Origin: Azolla caroliniana
Taxonomy: Eukaryota; Plantae; Polypodiophyta
Assembly: GCA_043228905.1 (NCBI GenBank)
Contig: JBHGNT010000017.1
Coordinates: forward strand, 3,410,001-3,474,000
Length of the DNA: 64,000 nt
Reading direction: 5' to 3'
The notes beneath the pieces are model-generated. The model made no database searches, was not told where the DNA came from, and worked only from the letters and a program-made list of their open reading frames with translations. Positions within the stretch are counted from its first letter, which is position 1; each line of letters opens with the position of its first letter. Made by a program: the position numbers and the translations under genes. This document shows positions 1-10,417 of the stretch, piece after piece.

Positions 1-1537
1 CGTCTCCGTCGACAGTCTCTTCCGTTTCACCAGGTCCACAATGGAGTCGTGGAACTCCTTCTTGGCGATCCCTAGCACCTCCCGTAATGACAACTCCACT
101 TTGCTATCGAGGATCCGTTCTTCCAGGACCTTTCGTAGGTCCGTAGTCCTTTCTATTTCCGTCCCCAGTCGGTATCCGCCCTTCCTGGGGTTATCTTGCG
201 AGCCGGACCCACCGGCATCGTTCCGTCGTTGCCCGAATCGGGTCTCGTACCGTTGTGAGGGCCCGGCCGCTCCGGCTTTCCCCACTCGCTTGTCTTCTAC
301 CAGAGCCTCGTAGTTCCGGCAGGCGGCTTCTACGAAGCCCGTCTTCTCCTCGACCGGATCGCCCCACCCGGTTATTTCCCGGACCCGTCTCTCAGCACGG
401 TCCGTTTCGTCTTTCCTTAGCCGTGCGCCGGCAAGACCTTCCAGCATTGCCGACCAGAATCCGTCTTTGCCCCCGACCCGAATGTCGGCCGACGCCGAGT
501 CGGGCCGCTGCCTCTTCCATCAGTCTCTTCATACCTCCTCGCCCGTCGTTTCGGTTCAGGGCCCTCCTGGTGTCGCCGGCGTGCACCCGGCCTACCCACA
601 GGTACACCACCCGGTTCCTCAACGCCTCTGCGAAATCGCCGCAGTCCTTTCGAATGTGGCCAACCTCGTCACACCACATGCACCTGTTCCCCGCTGCCGG
701 CCGTCAGTCACGAGCCGGTTCGCCGCCTTCCCTTCGAGTCTGGGCGATCTGGAGATCTTTTATCGCCCGCGTCAACTCCTCCAGCGCTGCTCCTCCGGAC
801 GATCCATTGACCATGCCGGTCGAAGCCGGACCGGTTTCAAGCCATTCCCGGGTTTCTTCCCTTCGCACTTGCGGTGCTAGTTCAAGCCTCCTTGCTGTGA
901 CAGAGCCCGCACCGGCCGCCCCGTTGTTAGCCCATTCTCGTCGTTTGTCGAAACGGCCACAGACTCTCTTAACCGCAACCCAGTCGGTTGTCAACCCGTC
1001 TTCGGTTTCCAGCAAGGAGCCGACTTGATCTCTGTCCCGCTCGTCCACCGACTTGACGAACAATAGGACCCGGCTCGTATCCAGAACGGTTCGGTCAAGC
1101 GCCGAAAGGCGCGCAAAGCGTTCTTCGAACTCCCGGAGGAGTGCCGACGCGTTTCTTCCCTTGCCGGGGGACTCCACCCATTCCATGAAGTCCCGTTTCG
1201 AAAGCCGGAGCGCGTCGTCCAGCCCGTATTTTTCTAGGAGTTGTCCTTCGAACTCCTCCCAGGTACGGCTCTCCGCCCGCACCTTGAGCACCTCCACATG
1301 GATGCTCGGCATCGCCACTCGAGGAAACCCGACAAGACGCCTCTCTTCCGGAATGTCCCGCATCAGCATTTCTGCCCCGTAGGACGCCAAATACTTCGTG
1401 GCATCCTTTCCGCTGAACCGGCCGATCGTACCGACGACCGCCTCAATGGCTCTGTCGAGGGCGCCGGAGCCCTCGCGTGCGCTCAGTATCCGATCCACGG
1501 CCGAAGCCATGGCCTCTGCAAGATCCGACCCTTTCAT
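1..1537 (-). pseudogene. gag: gag of family A copy 1 (with CCHC zinc knuckle), disrupted
   Basis: ORF 704-1564 (MKGSDLAEAMASAV...) ends in a premature TGA where copy 3 has CGA. It continues into CMWCDEVGHIRKDC (392-679) with further frameshifts. Confidence 0.88.
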
Positions 1538-1559
1538 CTTCTGCTCTTCTGCCGCCTCT

Positions 1560-1577
1560 TTCACGTCGGGTTCACCA
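1560..1577 (-). promoter_or_regulatory. Primer-binding site complementary to the 3' end of tRNA-Trp
   Basis: Minus strand TGGTGAACCCGACGTGAA lies 3 nt after the LTR. It is complementary to the plant tRNA-Trp 3' end (...TTCACGTCGGGTTCACCA), recalled from memory. Confidence 0.85.
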
Positions 1578-1580
1578 AGA

Positions 1581-2212
1581 TGTCGAGGTTTTCCTCGTGG
1601 ATGCGTGGAATGAGGCGGAACCTCGGGGGTCCTGTACCAAAGAGCAAGAGAGGAAGGGGAAGAATCCCTCTACGTGCGAGCGTAGATCCACAGGGACACG
1701 GCCCTTCGACGCAAAGACACAAGTGGGACAGCGACACAGAAAGACACGAATGTATGTATGTATTGACAAAGACAAACAACAAGAACACGAAGACAACAAA
1801 CACGAAGTCGGTTACAACCGAACAGGCCGACGAACAGATGTCGATACCTGCTCGTAAACGCACAGAGAGGAAGGAGTAGGTTGGAGGTGCTGCCGGAAGC
1901 ACTCGGGCATTCCTCAAAGCAGTGCGAGCCTCCCGAAACCTGCACAGAAGGAAGCTATGGAGTCTACGAACCAGAGAGAGAGAGAGAGAAGCCTTCGCAC
2001 GCAAACCGACAGCACTTCGTCCTCGACTCTCCGCGATCCCCCTTTCCCTTCTCGTCTCCCTCCTTTTTATAGGCAAGGAAGGAGCCGTTTCCCCTTTACT
2101 TCCTACCCACTAAATCTACCCGCCTAGGATCTTCTATGGACAACATTCGAGAAGAGCCGGTTCCTACGCTCCTGTGCACCGATTCCGCTTGTGGACGGTT
2201 TTCTTCACGACA
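1581..2212 (-). repeat. 5' LTR of family A copy 1
   Basis: TG...CA termini (TGTCGTG...CCTCGACA), internal TATAAAAA, U5 end homologous to other family A LTRs, followed by PBS. Confidence 0.9.
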
Positions 2213-5170
2213 CCGTATTTGCGAAAAATGGGGAATATCCTATAGAAGAATGGGCTGAGTTGTTGTAAGCGAATTTCGCCAAGTGCAAAAAAGCAACCCA
2301 ATCATCTTGTTGATAGTTGATGAAACAACGAAGATATTGTTCCAATGTCTGGTTGGTACGCTCTGTTTGGCCATTTGTTTCAGGATGATAGCCCAAAGAA
2401 AGCTTAACTGAAATGTGGAGAAGTTTGAAGAGGTGCTTCCAAAACTTTGAGATGAATTGTGGACCACGGTCACTAATAATATCATCCGGCAAACCATGAT
2501 GCTTAAATACCTCCCGCATAACGAGATCAACCGCCTCTTGACTAGTAATCGACTTTGTACATGGCAAGAAATGTGCCATTTTGGTAAATCGATCAACCAC
2601 TGTGAGAATTGCATCAAAACCTTTTGAAAAAGGGAGATCAGTAATGAAGTCCAAGGATATAGACTTCCAAGGAGTTTCCGGAATGGGAAGTGGTTGTAGT
2701 AAGCCATAGGGTCGGTGACGAGGATTCTTTGATCGACAACATATATCACAACTCCGAACATACTCCTCAACAAAATGCCGAAGGCGAGGCCACCAATAGC
2801 GTCGAGAAATTAATTCTAGAGTCTTGTGAACTCCAAAATGACCAGCCATTGGTGAGTCATGGCAATGTTGCAAAACTTGTAGCCGTGGGGGACCATCAGG
2901 AACATACAATAAATTTTGTCGAAATAGAAAACCACCATGCCAATAGAACTGACAATAGTCATTACGAGGATTTTTCGACCGTGAGCAAGAAGCACAATCC
3001 GGGACGATATGATCCAAAACATCCTTGGCGAAATCATCAGTGGCCATATGATCTTGAATGGAATCAAGAAGAGTGGAATTTTCAAGAGTTGTTATGGCGT
3101 TAATTACCATTAATCGTAATCGATTAGGACCCAAAAGGATTTGTTTTTTATGCTCAAATGCAGGTTCCCCTGGACGAAGTTCCATATAAGAGCGCCGAGA
3201 AAGAGCATCTGCTTTGCCTTGCTGCATCCCAGGGCGATATATGATGATAAAATCGAAGTGAGTCAAAAATTGCGCCCACCGGGCTTGTCGCCGACTCAAG
3301 ACTCGAGCATTTTGGAAATAAGTCAGGTTCTTATGATCATTGTAGACAATGATCTGCTGAGAAGAACCTTCTAGGAAATGTCGCCATTGTTGAAACGAAT
3401 CCACGATTGCAAGAAGCTCTTTATCATGGATCTCATAGTTGATCTCTGCAGCTTCAAACTTTCGTGAATGAAAGGCAACAGGGTGTAGTTGTCCATCATC
3501 TCCAGTCTGCGAGAGGACACCTCCTAGTGCAAAATCGGATGCATCGGCTTCGAGGATGAAGCGTTTTGTTGGGTCGACATGTGCTAAGATAGGTACCATT
3601 GTAAATGCTCGTTTTAAGCTTTCGAATGTCTCGGCTGCATCTGAACTCCATATAAATGGTCAATCTTTATGTGTGAGCTGAGTAAGCGGAAGCACAACCT
3701 TGGAATAATCTTTAATAAATTTTCGATAAAAATTTGCAAACCCGAGAAAACATTGCACATCACGCACTGAAAGGGGCGTTTGCCACTCTAAAATTGCTTG
3801 TACCTTCATGGGGTCCATAGCAATACCATTTGACGATACAACATACCCCAAAAATTCCACTTGATTCTGGCCGAAACTACACTTTTCTAATTTTGCGTAG
3901 AGACCATATTCTCGGAGTCGACGCAATACCTGACGAACATGTTCATCATGCTCCTCTTGGGTCTTTGAGTAGATTAAAATATCATCTAGGTAAACTATAG
4001 TGAAGATATCAAGAAAATCTCGAAAAATATCGTTCGCCATATGTTGGAAAACAGCAGGTGCATTCGTGAGACCGAATGGCATCACTGTATACTCAAAATG
4101 TCCATAGCGAGTGCGGAAAGTTGTCTTCCATTCATCCCCTGGGCGAATCCGAACGAGATTATATGCTCCGCGAAGGTCCAACTTCGTGAAATATTTTGCA
4201 CCACTGAGACGTTCCAAAAGATTCAGGATTAATGGTAGAGCATATCTATTCCGGATAGTCACTTTGTTTAGCCCTCAATAATCCACGACCAACCGAAGAG
4301 TCCCATTCTTCTTCTTAACGAAGAAGATAGGTGCACCAGCAGGGGATCTAGAATGCCGAATGAATCCGTTTGCCAGATTCTCATCAATATATTCCCGCAA
4401 AGTTTCTAGCTCTACAGGGGAGAGATTATAAATTGGGCCCCATGGAGGTTCTTTCCCTGGTTGTAAGTCAATAGGGTAGTCGTATGGCTGATGCTCCGGC
4501 AATGTATTGGCCTTCACCTTATCAAAGACATCTGAAAACTCCTTGTATTTCTCTGGTAGTTTAATATCCGCCTCACGTGAAGTGGATGATGGAGTTGCTA
4601 TTATTGCGAAGACGAACATGGCCTCGTTCCCCGCTTCCTCCCGCAACTGTCGTAAAGAGATGGGCGATAATTCCGGGGATCTATTATCACATGTAGGAGA
4701 GAGGGATGCAGGGTTTGTGCTTTTTTCCCGGGTCTCCTCAATTGTTCTTTTCATCCAATCAATCTTCGGGTTATGGAGTTCAAACCAGGGGAGACCTAGA
4801 ACTATTGGGTGTTCCAGACTACGAATAATGTTGAAAGAGATTATGCTTGCCAAATTGCCAAGAACTATCCTAATTGGCTCGGGCTCCTCGACTATATCTC
4901 CTGATGCTATGGGACGTCCATCAATGACTCCTACGGCTACTGGGCTGGGAAGCTTATTCAAGAGGATGTTTTGTGACAAGGCAAATTCACGATCCATGAA
5001 ACAAGAGTTGGCTCCAGAATCTAGAAGGGCAGAGGCTAGGACTCGATGACATGCAGATGTGGTAAGCTCGACTTGTGCTGAAAAAACTCAAATGGAACCA
5101 CAACTAGGAACTAACTCTACATAGCTAGGATGGTCCAGCCAAATGGCTCCTATTTTGGCCGGACTTACTC
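2213..5170 (-). pseudogene. pol: pol (PR-RT-RNaseH-IN) of chromovirus, with in-frame stops and truncated integrase
   Basis: ORFs 4275-4997, 3660-4262 and 2205-3599 are in one frame, separated by single TGA stops. IN is cut at 2213 by the family A LTR. Confidence 0.92.
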
Positions 5171-5177
5171 GTTTAAC
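5126..5177 (-). promoter_or_regulatory. Programmed -1 ribosomal frameshift signal (gag/pol) of chromovirus
   Basis: Slippery G_TTA_AAC (5177-5171) precedes the gag TAA. After a 6-nt spacer comes an 11-bp stem GTCCGGCCAAA/TTTGGCTGGAC, and loop TAGGA pairs with downstream TCCTA. The -1 frame reads into the protease. Confidence 0.75.
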
Positions 5178-6289
5178 ACATCCTCTAATTGACTCAAGAC
5201 ATCGAATCTATTCTCATGGCATGGACTATGAAGCTTATTTATGTTATTAGAAGTAACAATAGAACTCGATGTAGGGTTTTCATGGGCACTTACTTGGTAT
5301 ACTTGACGCCTAGGTTTATGTGGACAATTTACAGCTATATGTCCTGGACCGCCACAATACAGGCAGAGGCGATGCGCTCGATGTCATTGCTTCTCAACAT
5401 CTGATAACGGCCCACGACGTTGTGTTGACTCTATTTCCATCGGAGTTGGGCCATCCCTTGTAATGGGTCAAGAAACTTGTGGAGGCGTTGTGACTACGGA
5501 AGCGTAAGTCTGCTCAGGTTGGCGGCGTAACATTTGTTGGCGCTCAAAACGTCACTCAAATAGGCGATTATCACATTGCACAGCTCGACTAATGGCTTCT
5601 GTAAGTGACTGCGGATCTTCAGGGAAAGTAAGAAGAAGATCTTTGACATCATTTCTCAAACCTTGACGGAATTGATCCATTAAAGCTGCCTCATCCCAAG
5701 GGATATCGCATGCCAAGAGACGGAAATCAGCTGCATAAGACGACACGGGACGATCTCCTTGTCGGAGCCTTCAAATCTTGTTTATCGTTGTCCTAGTGTT
5801 GTCGGTGTCTCCGAAACTAGCTTGAAACTATTTAACAAATGCCTCGAAATCCTCCAGCAATGGTGATTTCTTCTCGAGAAGTGGTGCGAACCATGCTAAC
5901 ACCGTACCGCATAGCAAAGTTCCCACTAATCCCACATGAGCAGCATCAGTTGGATATCGATTGGGATGTAACTGAATAACTAGACGAACTTGATTCAAAA
6001 AGCCTCAAAATAAAGACCTCGTACCATCAAACTTGGCAGGGAGGCTGATCTTTGGCTCTCTAGGGGAGTTCTGAGCCCCCGACGCTTGCTCACGTAATGA
6101 CAATATAGTCGCCTCGAGTTGATGAACCCGTTGTGATAACTCTTCATATTGTTGAGCTTTTTCGGCGCTCACGTGTTGTAGATCTCCAAGTAACCTTTGA
6201 TTCTCATGCTCTAATGCCACAAATTTATTCGTGAGCATGTCGAGCTCAGAAAGAACACGCATGTATTCTTGTTTGCTCACGGACTCCAT
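5165..6289 (-). pseudogene. gag: gag of chromovirus, disrupted by stops
   Basis: MESVSKQEY... coiled coil, PKISLPAKFDGTRS, YAADFRLLA...QFRQGL capsid motif, PTPMEI, CCHC knuckle; TAA at 5165-5167. Confidence 0.88.
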
Positions 6290-6362
6290 AGCTTACGAGA
6301 GGAGAGGAGAAGGAAGAAGAGAACTTGTTAGAATTTGTGGAAGACGAAGAGATGAAAGGAAA

Positions 6363-6374
6363 AAATTGGTTCAA
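6363..6374 (-). promoter_or_regulatory. Self-priming (Tf1-type) primer-binding site
   Basis: TTGAACCAATTT lies 2 nt after the LTR and lacks the TGG of a tRNA PBS. It is the exact 12-nt complement of AAATTGGTTCAA (6487-6476), located 33 nt downstream of the LTR TATA box. Confidence 0.8.
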
Positions 6375-6376
6375 AC

Positions 6377-6838
6377 TGTCAAGACTGAGAGAGAGAAAGA
6401 GAGAAAGAGAGATAGAAAGAGAATTATTATATTGAAGCGTAAAATGGATTACAAAGAGTAGGCTACAAAATGGCGTTGAACCAATTTAGGTTTGGGATGG
6501 GTGGTAGATCCTTATTTATAAGTAATAGAGAACACTCTAGAATACTCTAGGTTATCCTAGAATGTAGAGTAATCTAGAAGATCTCTAGAGTATTCTAGAA
6601 GGTTCTAGTCGTATAGAACACTCTAGAATATTCTAGGTCATTCTAGAATGTAGAGTAATATAGAATATTCCTATGATTATTATTAGATTTCATATTCTAG
6701 AGACTATACATATAAGAATATTAATACAATGGTTAAGGATTTGACATGTGTACAACAAGGTCGTGGGTTCAAATCCTTTCGAGTCATAATGTGAGTGTTA
6801 TGATCCTTTTGATGCATGATGTGAGTGTTATCATGACA
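6377..6838 (-). repeat. 5' LTR of chromovirus
   Basis: TGTCA...TGACA inverted termini, TATAAATA at 6520-6513, followed by PBS and gag ATG. Confidence 0.85.
6528..6702. promoter_or_regulatory. Array of heat-shock-element-like (nGAAn/nTTCn) units in LTR U3
   Basis: Many TCTAGA/TTCTAGAA units, a perfect TTC-TA-GAA-GG-TTC at 6593-6605, and an internal ~45-bp duplication, all directly upstream of the TATA box. Confidence 0.6.
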
Positions 6839-6914
6839 GGTACCATGGTAGCACGGGAGAGGGTGCAGAACAAAACGCCCTCTCGACTTGTAGAGCTAGA
6901 ACGGCCGAGGATCC

Positions 6915-8326
6915 CTTTGCGCTGGCGGGGTCGGCTCAAGTTTCCTTGCTGCTACAGAGCCCGCCCCTGTTGATCCTTTATCGACCCACTCTCGTCGTTT
7001 GTCGAAACGGCCACAGACCCTCTTCACCACGGCCCAGTCGGCCGTCAGCCCGTCATCAGTCTCCAACAGGAGACCCACTTGCTCCTAGTCCCTCGCATCC
7101 ACCGACTTAACGAACAGCAGGACGCGACTTGTGTCTAGTACGGTCCGATCGGGCGCCGAAAGTCGCGCAAAGCGTTCTTCAAACTCCCGGAGGAGCACCG
7201 ACGCGTTTCTCCCCTTTTCGGGGGTCTCTACCCATTCCATGAAGTTCCGTTTCAAGAGCCGGAGCGCGTCATCAAGCCCATATTTTTCGAGGAGCCGACC
7301 TTCAAACTCTTCCTAGGTCCGGCTCTCAGCCCGTACCTCGAGCACCTCCGCATGGATGCCCGGCATCGCCACCCGAGGGAATCCGGTCAGTCGCCTTTCT
7401 TCCGGAATGTCTCTCATTACCATCTCGGCCCGGTAGGCCTCCAAATAGCTCGTGGCGTCCTTCCCACCGAACCGATCTATCGTGCCGACGACCGCTTCAA
7501 TAGCCCTATCGAGGGCGCCTGCGCCTTTGCGCGCACTCACTATCCGATCCACAGCCGAAGCCATGGCTTCCGCGAGATCCGACCCCCTCATCTTTCTATT
7601 CCTCTGCCGCCTGTTCATGTCGGGTTCACCAAATATGTCACGTTGCGCGTGCGTGGGGAACAAGGCGGAACCACCGGGGTCTTGGACCGAGAAATGGCTG
7701 AGAAGGAGGAGAGCGGAAAGGCAACGGACGCTCTTGCACACGCACAGACACGGGAGCACACAGGAATCACAGTCCCACAACACAGCAAACGAGATGACTA
7801 GAAGTCCGAGTATATGAACACGTTTGTATATTAATATATGTATATATATCGAGACGGTTACAACTAACAGGCCGGCAAGGCGAACACCGACACCTGTGCA
7901 CTCACACACACAGAAGAGCGAGATGCAGACTCTACCGGAAGCACACGGGCGTTCCACGGAGCAGAGTCGGCCTCCCGAAAACCTGCGCAAAAATGGCTAT
8001 GGAGAGTGGCAGAGGAGAAGGGCTCGGTCCCAGTCCGGCAGCACTTCGTCCTCTCTCTTGCGCGATCCCTTTTCCCATTCCTCTCCCTCTCTTTTATAGC
8101 CCAAGGAGGGAGGCCGTTATCATCCGTTACATCATATTAATTCTCTGTCCTTTCGGACAGAGATACACCTTGATTCGCTCCCTATTGAATGCATGCTACC
8201 TAGGATTTCCTCTCAGCCGACTTGTACTTACCTACTTACTATACAATGAAAAGTGTGCTTGCATGTAAGGGCTGGTTTACACACGCTAAACTTGGTTTTC
8301 GCCTAGGGACAGTTTTCTTCACGACA
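6915..8326 (-). mobile_element. Family A copy 2: 5' LTR, PBS and partial gag, internally truncated
   Basis: LTR 7636-8326, PBS-Trp 7614-7631 (1 mismatch), gag MRGSDLAEAMAS... with TAG stops. Homology to copy 3 ends near 6915. Confidence 0.9.
7636..8326 (-). repeat. 5' LTR of family A copy 2
   Basis: Starts TGTCGTGAAGAAAA, ends ...CAACGTGACA, clearly alignable to the LTRs at 9692 and 15850. Confidence 0.9.
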
Positions 8327-8373
8327 ACGTGTCGACAAAGAGTTGGACTAACGAAGTACCCCATACTGGAATG

Positions 8374-9007
8374 TGTTGGGAGACAGGTCCCTCCGGATGG
8401 GAAGGAAGAAGAACAGAGTTGATGAGCAAACTCCGATGACGAGTACCTGGCTACGGAGAGCCGGATGGTGCAGACCCGGTGAGAACCGGATGAGGAGTAC
8501 CCGGCTACGAAGAGCCGGATGGTGCAGACCCGGTGAGGAGTGCTCACCGGATTAAGAGACATATTCGTAAATATGTTTCTGAGAGTCCATCATGGCTATA
8601 TTTGTAAATAGCCGAAAAGTCATATTAGTATAAATATGACTTAGGGCAAACTTTTAGATGAGTTGTTGTCATTCTTGTTTTGCACAAGATTAGAGCGCGT
8701 AACAGTGTATAGAGAGAGAGAGAGAGAGAGGAAGAGGTCGTTGCCTCTGTTGTAACCGCCGCCTGTGGCGAAGATCGTGAGCGCGAGGTCGTTGCCTCCG
8801 TAAGCTCACTGTTGTAATTATTGTGACAATGTGATAGTTAGCAGTCAGTGGACTGCCGTGGTTTTTCCCTCTCAAGGTTTTCCATGTTAAACATCATGTG
8901 TACTCTTCTCTCCATTGTGTCATGCATTTCATTTCCCGTTTTCTGTGTATGATTCTAAGCTCGGTTGTGGCCGAGTGTTGCGTATAGGGAGCATTTAGTT
9001 TCTGACA
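8374..9007 (+). repeat. Solo LTR, Ty1/copia-like, with 5-bp TSD GAATG
   Basis: TGTTGGG...TCTGACA flanked by GAATG (8369-8373 and 9008-9012). Contains TATAAATA, the copia-type U5 motif CCGTGGTTTTTCCC..GGTTTTCCA and an internal ~54-bp tandem duplication (~8432-8537). Confidence 0.85.
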
Positions 9008-9012
9008 GAATG

Positions 9013-9270
9013 AAGGGGGAGTTTGTTAGGAAACATGTCCCTCTGGATGGGAAGAGCGCAATCCAAATTGGAGTCCAAGGAGCAAGAACTAGATGGTAGA
9101 GCACGAGCCGGATCGGATGGATCCGAAGAAGAAGAGAGGCCAGATCCGTAGTCGGATCGGCTAGAAGGCATCCGATTGGATTCGGAGAGGCATCTTGAAG
9201 TGGACATAGTTGCAAGAGGAACCCTCCCCACCTATTCTAGAGACTTTGGTGGTTGTGGATCAACATAAGA
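9013..9270 (+). mobile_element. Copia-like 3' end: PPT plus start of a 3' LTR (right boundary approximate)
   Basis: AAGGGGGAG PPT is followed by TGTTAGGAAACATGTCCCTCTGGATGGGAAG, similar to the start of the solo LTR. Bases 8327-8373 read TCRQRVGLTK, resembling a copia RNase H tail. Confidence 0.55.
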
Positions 9271-9691
9271 CCGGAGAGACGGCGGGTGGCGGCGAGGAGT
9301 CGGAGACCGGAACAGACGAGGGTACCGGAACGGGTACCCGGTGCATGAAGACGGATGAGCACGGCCAAGAGGGCCAAACGGAGACGAAAGGGTTTACAAC
9401 GACAAAGGAAGAAGAGGCTGACATGGAGGTCGGAACCACGGCGAGTAAAGAGCATGAAGCGGAGCATGCACTACGGCCAGAGAAGGGTCGGCAAGCAATC
9501 ATGCACCCGGAAGAGAGGCAATGACGGACCGGTCGAGCCTTTGCGAGGAATGCACGCGGCGAGAAACGGAGCAGTGAGGTGCCAGTATCGGCGGATGATC
9601 GGCGAGCACAGAAGGCTATGTCTTGAGAACCGAAGAAGGTGTTAGGAGAGCAACGGGCTACGCGCCGGGAAGAGGAAGTGCAACTTCCCGT

Positions 9692-10374
9692 TGTCGTGAA
9701 GAAAACCGTCCCCAGGCGCAAACCGTGTATAGTGTGTGTGTGAACCGGCCCTTACACGTGGGCACGTCCCTTGTCGTATAGTAGATAGGTAGGCACAAAG
9801 GTTAAATCCTAGGTAGCAATATTCTATAAGGGAAATCGAGGAGTATCTCTATCCGAAAGGACAGAGAATTAATGTGATGTAAACGGGTGAAACGACCTCC
9901 CTCCTTGAGCTATAAAAGAGAGGGAGACAGGGGGAGAGAAGACATCGCGCGCTAGAGGGAATGAAGTGTTGTCGGACTGGGACCGAGCTCTTCTTCTCTG
10001 TCGTTCTCCATAGCTTTCTTTTGTGCAAGCTCTTGAGAGGCTGATTCTGCTCCGTGGAACGCCCGTGTGCTTCCGGCAGAATCTCCATCTTGCTCTCCTG
10101 TGTGTGTGGGTGATCAGGCATCGGCACCCACCTTGCCGACTTGGTCGGCGGTAACTGTTCGAGTCGTCTGCATACATACAAATACATGCTTATATTTACA
10201 TACACACTCTAGTGTTCTCAACTCGCGTCTCCTGTGTTGTTGTGACGCGTCCCCGTGCGCTTCTTTGTCTATACATGAGTGAGCGTCTCTCTCTCTCTTT
10301 TCCTCACTTATTCCTCGGTCCAAGACCCCAGTGGTCCCGCCTTGTTCTCCACGCACGCGCGTAACAACGCGACA
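9692..10374 (+). repeat. 5' LTR of family A copy 3
   Basis: TGTCGTG...CGCGACA; direct repeat of 15850-16530. Confidence 0.96.
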
Positions 10375-10378
10375 TATT

Positions 10379-10396
10379 TGGTGAACCCGACGTGAA
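10379..10396 (+). promoter_or_regulatory. PBS complementary to tRNA-Trp
   Basis: TGGTGAACCCGACGTGAA, 4 nt after the LTR. Confidence 0.87.
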
Positions 10397-10417
10397 CATG
10401 CGGCAAAGGAGTAGAAG

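Larger units (their letters stand above)
1..2212 (-). mobile_element. Ty3/gypsy LTR retrotransposon, family A copy 1 (5' part; runs off left edge), inserted into the integrase of the chromovirus
   Basis: LTR 1581-2212 starts TGTCGTGAAGAAAA on the minus strand. It is followed by a tRNA-Trp PBS and a gag ORF homologous to the copies at 7.0-7.6 kb and 10.4-11.9 kb. It truncates the chromovirus integrase at ...SPFFANT. Confidence 0.93.
2213..6838 (-). mobile_element. Ty3/gypsy chromovirus, Tf1/Tcn1-like (5' LTR-gag-pol; 3' end displaced by the family A insertion)
   Basis: 462-bp LTR, gag with CLYCGGPGHIAVNC, protease LLDSGANSCF, RT YLDD ([26 protein letters not shown]), RNase H (EADASDFALGGVL, YEIHDKELLAI) and integrase HHCC+DDE in gypsy order. 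Confidence 0.95.
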
